Source: Felis catus
Taxonomy: Eukaryota
Assembly: GCF_018350175.1 (NCBI RefSeq)
Contig: NC_058368.1
Coordinates: 60,700,001-60,764,000, forward strand
DNA length: 64,000 nt
Direction: 5' to 3'
In this document: in pieces, positions 1 to 11,139 of the stretch
Layout of the letters: every line of letters begins with the position of its first letter
How positions within the stretch are numbered: the first letter of the stretch is position 1
Notes under the pieces: model-generated
What the model was told of the DNA's origin: nothing
Seen by the model: the letters and a program-made list of their open reading frames with translations, nothing else
Databases searched by the model: none
Made by a program: the position numbers and the translations under genes

Positions 1-490
1 AATTGTTGGATCATATGGTATTTCTATTTTTAAGTTTTGGGGAAACTTCATACTGTTTTCCACAGTGGCTGTACCAATTTATGTCCCACGAACAGTACAT
101 GAGAAATGTGTTTTCCTCCACAGCATCGCTATTTCTTGTCTTTTTGACTTTAGCCATTCTGACAGGTGTGTAGTGTTATCTCATGTGGCTTGATTTTCAT
201 TTTTCTGATGATGACTGATGTTGAACATCCTTTCGTGTATCTGTTGGCCATCAGTATGTCTTCTTCTGAAACCTGTGTATTAAGGTCCTCTGACCCTTTA
301 ATCATATTGATTTTATGGGGGGGTGTTGAGTTGTATAAATTATTTATATATTTTGGATATTGTCCCCTTATTAGATACATCATTTGAAAATATTTTCTCT
401 CATTGGTAGGTAGTCTTTTTGTTTTGTTGATGGTTTCTTTCACTGTGCAAAATCTTTTTATTTTGATGTAGGCCCAATAGTTTATTTTCA
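1..490 (-). mobile_element. L1 fragment (ORF2 C-terminal region), continues beyond window start
   Basis: Minus ORF 150..644 contains INYWAYIKIKRFCTVKETINKTKR and MANRY..CSTS, typical of the L1 ORF2 C-terminus. Confidence 0.9.
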
Positions 491-499
491 TTTCAGTTT

Positions 500-793
500 T
501 ATAAGCTACAAATTTAACAGACATATAAACTATCTCATTTTCACTTAGATGAAAATTGCCACTAAAATAAATGCTATAAATCTTCTTTGTTATAATTAGA
601 GATATACTCATTCTTGTAAAAGAAGGATGAGTTCCTTTTGACAAAAGTCAAGGTGCAAGGATCATTGGCACTTTCTGGTATTTATGTGAATACAGGAATA
701 TTTCAAATGGGTTTGTAAAATATGCCCTAACTTCTCTGCATGTAATATGGATACACTTTCTTTCTTTCTTCCTTTCTTTCTCTTTCTTTCTTT

Positions 794-849
<56 letters not shown>

Positions 850-1070
850 TCCTCCTTTCCTCCTTTCCTTCCCTTTCCTCTTTTCTTTTTATTGTTGTAA
901 GGATCTATCCTTCCTTAAAACAGATACATGCCTTAGGGTGATGATTTTCACATTGTTTTATTAAGGGCTCTTACAAATACAAAGAAACTTTGCTGCTGCT
1001 TCTAGAGGGACAGTCCACGATGGGGTTAACTCACTGAGTCTCCAATCAGAGAACTTGAAAGATGATAGTC
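500..1070 (+). pseudogene. M: Endogenous paramyxovirus-like matrix (M) gene remnant, C-terminal half, interrupted by (CTTT)n
   Basis: Hand translation gives NAINLL/VIIRDI (570-606; measles M recalled as NAVAFNLLVTLRID), FM/VNTGIF (681-703; M FMVHIGNF, needing one 1-nt deletion) and KQIHALG (918-938; M KTLHAQLG). Motifs are in the expected order and lie directly upstream of the F-like gene. Stops and frameshifts present. Confidence 0.6.
757..890 (+). repeat. (CTTT)n microsatellite / pyrimidine tract
   Basis: Direct tandem tttc units. Confidence 0.95.
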
Positions 1071-1072
1071 AA

Positions 1073-1280
1073 GTGGCGTCTGGGTGGTTCAGTTGGTTTA
1101 GCATCTGACTCTTGATTTCGGCTCAGGTCATAATCCCAGGTTTAGTGATTTTTGAGCCCTGCATTGTGCTCAGTGCTGACAGCATTGAGCCTGCTTAGAA
1201 TTTTCTCTCTCGGCCTCTCCCCTACTCACATGCTCTCTCTCTCTCTCTCAAAATAAACATTTACAAATATTAAAAAAAAA
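1073..1280 (+). mobile_element. Can-SINE (older)
   Basis: tRNA-derived head ggcgtctgggtggttcagttgg, (CT)n tract, A tail. Confidence 0.9.
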
Positions 1281-1482
1281 CCCATCTCTACAATTACAAT
1301 GACATGGATGATGAAAAGAAAACTATAATGCTATAGTACAAATATTAATCACCATCTCAGGACTACAGGTTACTCTCTCCACTTTATTACCCCATATTTT
1401 ACAGACTAAATATGTGTGCAATTTTAACAGAAGAAGAACATGGATGCTCATTTTAAATGGGTGTAAGTTGTTTTAGAAATTA

Positions 1483-1729
1483 GGGGCGCCTGGGTGGCGC
1501 AGTCGGTTAAGCGTCCAACTTCAGCCAGGTCCGATCTCGCGGTCCGTGAGTTCGAGCCCCGTGTCAGGCTCTGGGCTGATGGCTCAGAGCCTGGAGCCTG
1601 TTTCCCATTCTGTGTCTCCCTCTCTCTCTGCCCCTCCCCCGTTCATGCTCTGTCTCTCTCTGTCCCAAAAATAAATAAACGTTGAAAAAAAAATTAAAAA
1701 AAAAATTTAATAAAAAAAAATTTTTAAAA
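1483..1729 (+). mobile_element. Can-SINE, young feline type
   Basis: ggggcgcctgggtggcgcagtcggttaagcg...gtcccaaaaataaataaacgttg; TSD agaaatta (1475-1482 / 1730-1737). Confidence 0.97.
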
Positions 1730-1814
1730 AGAAATTAAAATTAAAAAAAAATCCCACAATATATACTTATTTGACTGCCTCAATGTGCTGGTGCTAGAAA
1801 TAATAAAAAAAGAT

Positions 1815-2000
1815 GGGAGTGTGGATGGTTCAGTCAGTTAAACATCTAACTCTTGATTTTGGCTCAGGTCATGATCGCACGGCTCATGGGTTCAAGCCCC
1901 ATAAGGGATTCTTGCTCGCCCTTTCCCTCTGCCCGCCCCCCCCCCACCCCTGACTCGTGTGTGCGCACTTTCTCTCAAAATAAATATACTTAAAAAAAGA
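1815..2000 (+). mobile_element. Can-SINE (diverged)
   Basis: ggttcagtcagttaaacatctaactcttgattttggctcaggtcatgatc, A tail. Confidence 0.88.
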
Positions 2001-3289
2001 AATAATCCAAGGAGTATCTAATCATATTTATTAATATTAAATTCTAAACGCCTATTCTATATAGTCATATGGCTTCAAGTGCTGGAGCAGTTTCTGTACT
2101 TGTGCTTATTTTCTTTCAGGATGTTAATGCTAATTCTTCACTCAGTAGACACTCCATTAAGTCACCTGATTTGGGCTTGATTCTGACAAGGCTGTTGTGA
2201 AATTCAGCTTGAAAACAAATCAGACATTACCTTTGAGGTTAATGAAATCTTTAATTAATTCCTATTCTTGGTTTTAGTCATTTCTTACAGTCTCTAATCT
2301 AGTGAGAGATAATGTATTTTTGAGACTCACGATGTCAAGAGAAGGGCACCCATCGTTAATTAATACCTGTCATGACTTAATGTGTTACTGGAGACTGCCA
2401 AGTGTAAGAAAGCTCATTTTATAAGAAATCATAAAATGGACAATTATGCCCTCATCTGGAAGTCATTCTTGGCCTTCCAGAATATGTGAACAGAGGTTTT
2501 TGAGGATGGTCCCTGAGTCTGCATTATTTCTTTGTGTAGTGGTCAAGAGTGAAAATTTGGCATTTGAATGTCATAATTTACTTATCATAAGTCACTTTTC
2601 CTTAAAATGAGAGTAAAGCAGCACATGATTTTCACATGTTACCTTTTATTACCACTTAATAGTTTAAAATGACATGTTATGTTGGTTGAATTAATAGGAC
2701 CATTTTCAAACTAGACAAGAATTAGGTTTTTTTTTTTTTTTGCATTTTTGTCTCCACAGTAACAATAAATCACTAATAAGATAGTCTCTATTGAGCTGTA
2801 CACTTTGGTGAATTTTGTAATTATTTAACCAATTGGATCTGACTGCTTTAATTCAAGTTTATGGTAACATACTATAAAATAAATAAGCATTTTATTTATT
2901 TATAATAAATAAAAGTTTATGGTAACATACTATATTATATGATGCAATACGGTGCTATGCTATGATATGATATAATATAAAATAGTGGGTTTATCAACAA
3001 CATATCTTATGAATTTTACAAAAGTTTTAGGACCATAGTTAAGTACAAAAATGCTCCAAAATACTGTTTCCAATAAAAAATAAAAATTTTAAAAACCAAG
3101 TAGTTGCCTCTTCCTGTGCAATGCATTATATCAATTTTTTTTTGCTAATTTTCACTTTTAGGTTATTCATCTTAAATCACACAGCAATGATTACAATTTA
3201 TGAATCTTTTCTTTCAGAGATTAAGTACATATGCGTATTCAGATGGAAAACCTCAGTGATTACTAAAAAATTTCACTATTCTATAAGGG

Positions 3290-3403
3290 CAAGCTGTAAA
3301 CTGCCAAAGGGTAGAATGTATCATTTTTTTTCCACCTCTATATTACCAATGTCTGGCCATAGGAGGTGCTCTCTATATATATGGTAAATAAATGAATTAA
3401 TGG
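3290..3403 (+). mobile_element. L2-like 3' end fragment
   Basis: ctgtaaactgccaaagggtagaatgt...ggccataggaggtgctc...taaatgaattaatg resembles the L2 3' terminus. Confidence 0.55.
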
Positions 3404-4918
3404 GTGCTGGACCCCTTAACAAACATTTAAGTTTATACTGAAACATTAAGAATGATTCTTAATAATGCAATATCTTTGAATATCTGTGGTATCTTTAAAA
3501 ATGAGGTGCTCCCAAACAAAATTTCACTAAATTTAAACTGGTTTTAAGATCAAAATCCTCATCAGCTGAACTAAAATAAATTCACAAATTGCACATAAAT
3601 CTGTTATATTATACCTATACTTATCTAGCCCAAGCATACTGGAATATACCCCAAGCATACTGGAATCACTTTCCATTCCCAGTTGTTTTATTCTTCATTT
3701 ATATAGATGCTTCTGATAACACAGATTTGAAATGTACCAATAAATTCTTTAACATGACACTCTGACAACTTCTAGGAATATGAACCCACTGAAATTTCCA
3801 TTCTTGACTATTTATTTTACGTGTACAGAAAGTTAGTGTTGGGATAGTTTTCATGTACTCTCATTGAGTTGAAGCTGGCTATGTCAAATCTCCTTGCAGG
3901 GGGAATTTTACAATTGTATGTTTTAATGTATCGCTCTGCTCAGGAAATTTCTGAATTGCAAAGCATCCCTTAAGTGATGTGCTCCATCTCACCTATAAAC
4001 CTTTAAATGAATCATTGCCAAAAGGCAGCACTGCTACTGTTGGAGGTGTGTCGGACTTCTTATATATTTCATGGTTGCAAATATGTTAAAAACTATTGAC
4101 CTAAATAGAAGATCTACACTATAAGAGAAAGGGAAGGAATTATGGGAAATTCCAACACTCATTCAGTTAAATATTTAGTAAGCAACCTTTCTTTTCATAT
4201 TCTGGTATTGCTACCATTGTCTAAACCTTTAGATGATTAATAGGAGTTGTATCCCCATCTCTTAAGCCTCCATGATAACCGAAATTTATTTCTTTTCAAT
4301 TTTAACACTACTTCGTTCAGTTTTCTATGATTTTAGAGAACAATGAATACTATCTTCAGTAGAAGGAAAAATAAGACTTTAAAACTGAAGAAAATAAAAG
4401 GGGTTGTCCGTAGCTTTTATTTCAGCCACAGTCAAATCCACTCCAAAGTAATGCCTGCTCAGAATTTGTGTTTGTCTTTTCAACTGACGAGCTTTAAACC
4501 GGAGATGCAAGTGATAGATGGGTAAAACCTTTACATATTTATAGCATGCTGATTGGAACTAATTACAGAAGCACATAAATGTGGAATTTATTTTCAATAG
4601 GGCTGGAATCAAATTTATTTTACCATTTGCATTCAGTTAACTCAACAAGGAATCTTCCTCCATTTTCAACTACGAAAAAAAATTTTTTTTTCTCAACCAA
4701 TTGCTAAGTGGCTGTTTTGAATTCCAAATTCAACTTTGATGTTTAGTTGACATGAGAAATCGAGAAAGTAAATCAATTTTTCTAATCAGGAAGACACACA
4801 GAAAAATTAATGTTTACATCAGAATTTTGACATTTATACCACAAGAAGTTTCAATGTCTTTTATTTAACAAGGAGTCTAATACACATTATATGTCTTCAC
4901 AAATACACTTGCTCTTTT

Positions 4919-5133
4919 AAAATTTTTTTTCAACGTTTATTTATTTTTGGGACAGAGAGAGACAGAGCATGAACGGGGGAGGGGCAGAGAGAGAGGGAGA
5001 CACAGAATGGGAAACAGGCTCCAGGCTCTGAGCCATCAGCCCAGAGCCTGACGCGGGGCTCGAACTCACGGACCGCGAGATGGTGACCTGGCTGAAGTCG
5101 GACGCTTAACCGACTGCGCCACCCAGGCGCCCC
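4919..5133 (-). mobile_element. Can-SINE, young feline type
   Basis: Reverse-complement consensus; TSD acacttgctctttt (4905-4918 / 5135-5148). Confidence 0.97.
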
Positions 5134-5359
5134 AACACTTGCTCTTTTTCTCTTCAGTCACTTTATATGCTTGAACTTTCTCTTCCTCTTAAAATTACTT
5201 TTTTTCTTGTTATTTACAGTGATATGTGAGCAGAAGTGATTTGTCTCATTTCCAGGTAGACTAATAAATATAGAGGATGCTCAGGGGCATTTTTCCCCTT
5301 TTGGGGCAGTAGTTCCTTTTTCTTTTAAAGTAAGCTCCACATAAAAAAATAAAATAAAA

Positions 5360-5482
5360 TAAAGTAAGCTCCACATCCAGCATAGAGCCCAATGCATGGC
5401 CTAAACTCACAACCCTAGGACCAAGACCTGAGCCTAGATCAAGAGTCTGATGCATAAAACACTAAGCCACCCAGGTACTCCC
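5360..5482 (-). mobile_element. Short Can-SINE
   Basis: agagcccaatgcatggcctaaactcacaacc...gccacccaggtactccc. Confidence 0.8.
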
Positions 5483-5885
5483 AGGCAATGTTTCTAATAG
5501 TGGGTGGCTTTTTTGTGAGGATGACAGACACAGATGAGAGACCCAAAATGTCCCTTTAAAATATGTGATCTGGGTGAGAAATTTAGAAACAAAAAATAAT
5601 AAAAATAATTGGGCAACCTTTGTAAATTTATCACTAGTGTTTGGGGTTCTTTGTTATTGTACCATAACCTAATCTTGCCTGATTGATTCATACTCCTTTC
5701 AACACTGGTTAAACTATGACAAAATGTGGCTGAAAACATAAAACTTTGCTGAAAAATCCCCAGAAACATGCTTGCATAAAACATCCACCTGTTTTCCACC
5801 CCATAAGGTGATTTTAGAGAAAGTATAAAATTTGCTTACTACTTATTATTAAAATGGATCTTAGAAACCTTTCAAGTATAATTTT

Positions 5886-6077
5886 TTAAAATGTTTTTTA
5901 ATGTTTGTTTATTTTTGAGAGAGAGACAGAGTGTGAGAGGCAGAGGGGCAGAGAGAGAAGGAGTCACAGAATGCAAAGCAGGCTCCATGCTCTGAGCTGT
6001 GAGCACAGAGCCTGATGCGGGGCTCGAACTCATGGACTGTGAGATCATGACCTGAGCTGAAGTCACCCAGGCGCCCC
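5886..6077 (-). mobile_element. Can-SINE with small internal deletion near its 5' end
   Basis: Consensus match; TSD tca(a/g)gtataatttt (5872-5885 / 6078-6091). Confidence 0.93.
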
Positions 6078-6119
6078 TCAGGTATAATTTTAATAAAACT
6101 CGGGGTTTAAATTATATTT

Positions 6120-6323
6120 TTAAAAAGTTTAACGTTTATTTATTTTTGAGAGACAGAACATGAGTGGGGGAGGGACAGAGAGAAGGACATACAGAATCTG
6201 AAACATGTTCCAGGCTCTGAGCTGTCAGCACAGAACCCGATGCAGGGCTTGAACCCATGAATTGTGAGATCATGACCTGAGCCAAAGTCAGAAGCTTAAT
6301 CAACTGAGCCACCTAAATGCCCC
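6120..6323 (-). mobile_element. Can-SINE
   Basis: Consensus match; TSD-like aaatt(a/g)tattttt. Confidence 0.92.
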
Positions 6324-6829
6324 AAATTGTATTTTTTAACGTAATGTGTCCATAATCATTATACTTCTGTATTTAGATATATTCTGTAATTAAGGGCCTC
6401 CTAATATAACTTTCAAAATGCCACACAATTATATTACATTGTTTGCTGACTTTATGTGATAAATGCAGCATATTAAAAACATTTGATCTTTCCATTTCAC
6501 ATATTCATAGTACAGTCTAACACCACTAGTTTTTCTATAATTCTCTTATGTATACTATTACAATCTATTGAAAAAAAATCACGTAAGTTAAAAGTTCTAT
6601 CATTACAGTCACTGCTTTGCAAATACCCCTACCTGCCTTCTGCCTTCTGCCTTTTCCTTCTGATGTATCCACATAACATGCCCTAGTTATTTCCAGTCAT
6701 CCTCTTTCTCTGGCTTGGGGAGTTTTCCATGAAGTGAGCAGCACAATAATCAAGATACAAATCCGCAACCCTATGTGAGTGCTCAACAACTAAGAGAAAT
6801 TTTGCAACATTTGTTTGGTCAATTCTTTT

Positions 6830-7235
6830 CCTACCTTTCTAGAATAATTTAGGCATATACCCTTTCCATTCTTAAATCCTATTTTTAAGCCCTCCTTTTC
6901 CCTCTTTCTCATGCGTCATAAAGATAATAGATACTTAGGAAGAAACTTGCTCAACTTCCAGACACCAAACCTAAAATCGACCTGCATCCTTACTTACCTC
7001 CTTCTTGCCTATTTCTTGATTCAAAACAGCATGTGCGATTGCCTTTATCAAAGGTGGATTCTTCATCATATACATTACACCTTCTGCTACCTCTGCATCT
7101 GTCTTACATTCTGTTTGCTTCTTCCTGGTCCAGATCCTCATTTATCAGTTATCTTTTCTTTTCCATGCATGTACATTGTCTGTCACACCTATGCCCTTCT
7201 CGAAGTATTCAAAGATGACTTAGAGTTATGTAAAA
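6830..7235 (+). mobile_element. L2 (LINE-2) fragment inserted in the viral attachment gene
   Basis: agaaacttgctcaacttccagacaccaaacc...cctgcatccttacttacctccttc...ctttatcaaaggtggattcttc resembles the recalled L2 ORF region. Viral homology stops before it and resumes after it. Confidence 0.65.
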
Positions 7236-7375
7236 ACTAAATAGTATAGTATATAAAGTCTGCCACATTTTTCTTTCTGAAGAAAATTAAGATTTTATTG
7301 CTTCATAAACCCCATACAACGTGAAAAACACTTTCTCATTTGCTAAGCTAGAGAGATTTACTTACAAAATCTTTT

Positions 7376-7602
7376 CTTTCTTTTAATGTTTATTTATTTA
7401 TTTTGAGAAAGAGAGCATGTGCATGCACATGCAAACCTGAAAGAGTCAGACAGAAGAGAGGGAGAGAGACAGAATCCCAAGCTGGTACTATGCTGTCAGC
7501 ACAGAGACCACCAAGGGGCTCAAACTCACAAACAATGAAATCATGACCTAAGCTGAAATCAAGATATGGAGGCTTAACCAACTGAGCCACCCAGGGCACC
7601 CC
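7376..7602 (-). mobile_element. Can-SINE
   Basis: Consensus match; atcttttc flanks both sides. Confidence 0.92.
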
Positions 7603-7722
7603 TAAAAGATCTTTTCATCTGCAAATTGCTATAAAGATGACAAATTTAAAATCTACAATTACAGAAACGAGCCAATTCATCTAAACCCTTTTAAATGCAT
7701 TTTCTTGGCTGAACCATCAAAC

Positions 7723-9400
7723 ATGCAAAAAATCATTAACCTGACCCTGTGTTACCCATATACTCCCATTAGTCCATCCAGTCTATAGCACATCCTCCCA
7801 TGACTACGTGGAACCATTCTTGTCCTTCATTCATGTAAAGGAAAGTCTTTCAGGATATCTTAAAAAACATCATGCTCTTGAAAAAGACATAATAGCAATT
7901 ATAATTCCCTAGGAGGTCAAAGACCGGTCTCCTTTTCCCTGGGAAAGTTCATTAAGGATCCCCAGAGAAAAACAGAATGTGAATATGTTCTGTTAATTTG
8001 AAAAAAATTCCCCAAGTTCTTCCCATGTACCCTACACAGCAACCCCACTCCTAGTCCCCATTTATAACACAGTTGTAGCTTCAATCCATATCTCTCCTTT
8101 GGAGACTTTGACAACTTAAAAAAATATTTTATTAGTCTTATATTAAAACAATCAATCTCCTGACTCTATTTCTATAAGATCAGATCTTAAAAGACTGAAA
8201 ATTTGTCATGTTGGTTCAGACAGTAAGAATTAGATAAATATTCTCAAAAATATTTTGGCACATGAATTTTATCCTACTTCACAAGAGCTGGTAATATAAC
8301 ATTGATACTGTAAAAATATTTAGCAATTTAATGTGATATTCTCTGTACATCATACAGGCAATATGTTATTTATTTAAACTCAAAGAATTATTCCCAACAA
8401 ATATTACTTTAAATAGCGTAAGCATGGATGTTTCCTAACATAACATATGATATATCTCAATATATGCTAGCCCATTTTGGGCAATAATAGCTTAGCAATA
8501 AAATCCATGAAATAGTTATTTTTATCTCATACTTGAATGTCTTTGTATACACTACATATTGCACAATGTGAATGGTTTGGGGGAGGGGCATTCATGATAA
8601 ACCCATTCTTGAAGAATAGTACAAAGAAAGAAAGAGAGAGAGAGAGAGAGAGAAAATGTGTGTTAACCAGCAAATCAAGGATGGATAAACAGGGAAAACA
8701 CAAGAAATGTGGCTGGAGGCTCAGTTAAACAAACTGTCATTGATGTGTGTGATATTTTCCGATTTTTGGTTTTATCATTTTGCTTTGCTCAAGATCTGGA
8801 GAAAACAAACCCTGTTCCTGGCATTGATGTGTTGTTTTGCATAGATCAACCCTTATGATATAGTTCTCAGTGTTGGGTGCAAAACGTGTTAATATGGAAT
8901 TTGACAAGATTGGTTTTTTGAACTGGTATTTGAGTTTGACAATCTTGACACTGAAATATATGTTGATTATCCAATCATCAAAAAAGAGAGGGTTCATTCT
9001 TGAGACTCATAATTTATCTGAAGGTTTAAAGTGACCAGGTACCAAATTTGATGTATCTTATTATAACAAATTCCACCAAAGAAAGTGAATATAGTGTGTT
9101 TCCCAGAACATTTAAATACATATTGATTGGAAATTGGAAAGATGCATTTATAAAATTGAAAATCAGAAAACAACAACAACAAAAAAACAACCTGGCCTGA
9201 TTTTGTAAGGAATTGTTCTTCTGTTGGCTATGTTCCAGTAGATTGATTATACCAGTAGATTGTATGGAAGATCTTACATACAAGATTCCGGATGATGGAC
9301 ATTAATTTACCAAATCAGTACGGAACATTATGTTTCAGATTTTAAAAGTTTCTTTTTAACATTAACAGTGTTTGAAGATTAAGTTTTTCATGGAAAATAT
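7723..9400 (+). pseudogene. L: Endogenous paramyxovirus-like L polymerase gene, N-terminal part up to RdRp motif A
   Basis: ATG at 7723 gives MQKIINLTLCYP (measles MDSLSVNQILYP). Then SHVPY (8021-8035; SHIPY), QYVIYLN (~8359; QHVYYLT) and PILGNNSLAIKSMK*LFLSH (8471-8530; [21 protein letters not shown]). ENTRN...NPVPGIDVLFCIDQPL* from 8694 has the same spacing as ENVRK...SWPPLTLPLHAADTIR. Also FEFDNLDTEIYVDYPII, TKESEYSVFPRTF (9075-9113; KE.E....R.F) and DFVRNCSSVGY (9199-9231; motif A DxxKYCxxxRY). Confidence 0.8.
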
Positions 9401-9404
9401 ATGT

Positions 9405-9715
9405 ATTGTGTTTGCAGCTGTACTAGGTATGAAAAATAAAACTCCAAATGTTTAGTGGTTTAACTCTATAGAGTTTATTCTTATTCTCACTGAATGAGGA
9501 TGGTTCAAGGCAATGAGTAGACTTCCATGTGATGACGTAGGGACAAGAATTCTTTACATTTCTGAGTGCATCTGGATCCTTAGCATTCAATACGATATTG
9601 GCAGAGAAAAGTTTGAGAAGTATGACCTATTTCCTATGTGCTTTGACACAGGCACGTAGTCTCTAGGGGCCTGGAAAAGCCCAGTGCTGGTTGGAGAGCT
9701 GTTTCTCATTTGACA
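9405..9715. mobile_element. MaLR (MLT1-like) LTR fragment
   Basis: aaactccaaatgtttagtggtttaac...agagtttattcttattctcac resembles an MLT1 terminus; subfamily and strand uncertain. Confidence 0.5.
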
Positions 9716-11139
9716 TATCAAGTATTATTAGTCTAAGTTCATTGTTTACCATTTTATTTTTAGAATAATACATGCAACTTTGGTTAAGTTTGGACATTAT
9801 ACCAAATGTCTTTTATCAGCAAAAAGAAAAATGTTCAATTTTGCCTTAATACAAATTAAATTATTATCCTGGTTCCAGGTGGACAGAAATAATTATTGAT
9901 ATCTATCTGACTTTTGTCTGCATCTGACTTTTTTTCTTCAGAATTAAACGTGGAAATGAAAGCTTTGCTCTCAAGGGTTTATTTTTCCTCTTAAAATAAA
10001 TGACATAAATTACTTCTCCTTTCAGAATTATCTTTCCCCAAGTGTTGCTGATGGCTTCTTTTTAAATGCTTTGCATTAGCAAGTGCCATCCAGATGAAAA
10101 GCCTATTTCAACTTGACATTAATTTTACACTCAGTGCATAATACTCGACCTTGTCATTAGGTCAACTACAAACTGCCATGACTGAAATGTAATTTTTCTA
10201 CTACATTGCTATTTGTCCTTCTCTTATTTGTACCCTGAGGTGTACAGGTGCCCTCTACTGTCATCTTCGTCCCCTTGTTATATTGCTCTTTTACTCATTA
10301 GTTCTCATCACTAACATACCTTTTGTTTACAAAAGACAAATTGCTTCTAATATAAATACACCACATTTCTTTCTGCCTGTATTTCCTAAAACAACAAACA
10401 AACAAAACCCCAAACTTTAGTAGCCTAAATACTCAGAAGTTTATGATTATGAAGGCCACATATCCAGCACGTTAATGGTATCATACATGTTCTCTCTTCC
10501 TTTTCTGTGGTCTCCCTTTCAAACTATGTTCCTTTTTAGACGGTACTATGATATGAATGCTGTTTCAGAATTATATATCTTAAAACCACCTCTGCATGAA
10601 TAACTAAATATTTCCTTAAGGTTCATGCAAATATTCTCTTGGATAACCTTTACATTTCTCTGCCTTTCTCACAATTTTATTTCCCTAAATTGGAAACCAG
10701 TTAACATTAAATGCAGAAGGACAACTATGAAAATTTTGCTATAATACAGGTATGCCTTTTTAAATGGTCAATATAAAATAACAATAATGAGAATGTGTTG
10801 TGAAGTTGAAATTATTATAAAATGGAATAATTTTGGAAATAATGATGTAATAATTATTTTCTATAATCCAAAAGCCAGATCCAATTAAAATCAAATTGTA
10901 ATAATCTATGATTAATAGAAATTTTATGTAATTATACTTTTAAATTAAGTCCAAATAATGTATCATTCTTTCTTACCATCTCCTTGAATAGTCAGTAACC
11001 ATCTATTTGCTCTGTATGGTTAATTTATTGTTTCTCACTTGATATTCAGCTAAACCTTCTTTAAGGGCTACATTTTTTGTAAGCATTAGGCCACTGAATA
11101 CCATACAAATATTTGTGGTATTTACCTAAATGTATGGTG

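Larger units (their letters stand above)
1290..3715 (+). pseudogene. F: Endogenous paramyxovirus-like fusion (F) gene remnant, split by two Can-SINEs and an L2-like fragment
   Basis: F2 part: LLPHILQTKYVC (1384-1419; NDV LLPNLPKDKEAC), VLEI (1470-1481) and LFDCLNVL (~1768-1791; measles VLEPIRDALNAM). Cleavage site and fusion peptide: SKR|LFYIVI (2043-2069). HR1: DSDKAVVKF (2179-2205; Nipah ESTNEAVVKL). Then DNYALIWKS (~2439), FFANF (~3138), VLDPL (3404-3418) and a TM-like SVILYLYLSS...ILESLSIPSCFIL (3600-3695). All colinear. Confidence 0.75.
3780..7650 (+). pseudogene. Endogenous paramyxovirus-like attachment glycoprotein (HN/H/G-type) gene remnant, interrupted by SINEs, MaLR-like and L2 sequence
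   Basis: N-terminal signal-anchor-like SNLLAGGILQLY (~3884). AFISATVKSTPK*CLLRI (4413-4466; HN SFIPxxTTPxGCxRIPSF). IYSMLI...FSIG (4591-4602)...PPFST. NC*VAV (4699-4716). NWATF / SVWGSLLLYHNLILP (~5605-5680; HN WAALYPSVGSG...LIFP). PHNYITLFAD (6421-6450; NDV PPNTVTLMGAEG). WGVF...RNPM (6716-6775). SATFFFLKK/FYCF (7259-7305; T.CF....YC). Order matches the beta-propeller head. Confidence 0.72.

Noticed and set aside
7278..7292. tgaagaaaattaag as a viral gene-end/gene-start signal
   Set aside because: It falls inside the attachment-gene coding homology (FFLKK...FYCF).
9260..9348. VRNIMFQILK as a protein-kinase exon
   Set aside because: There is an in-frame stop just upstream, no donor site and no other kinase motifs, and it lies in frame after L motif A.
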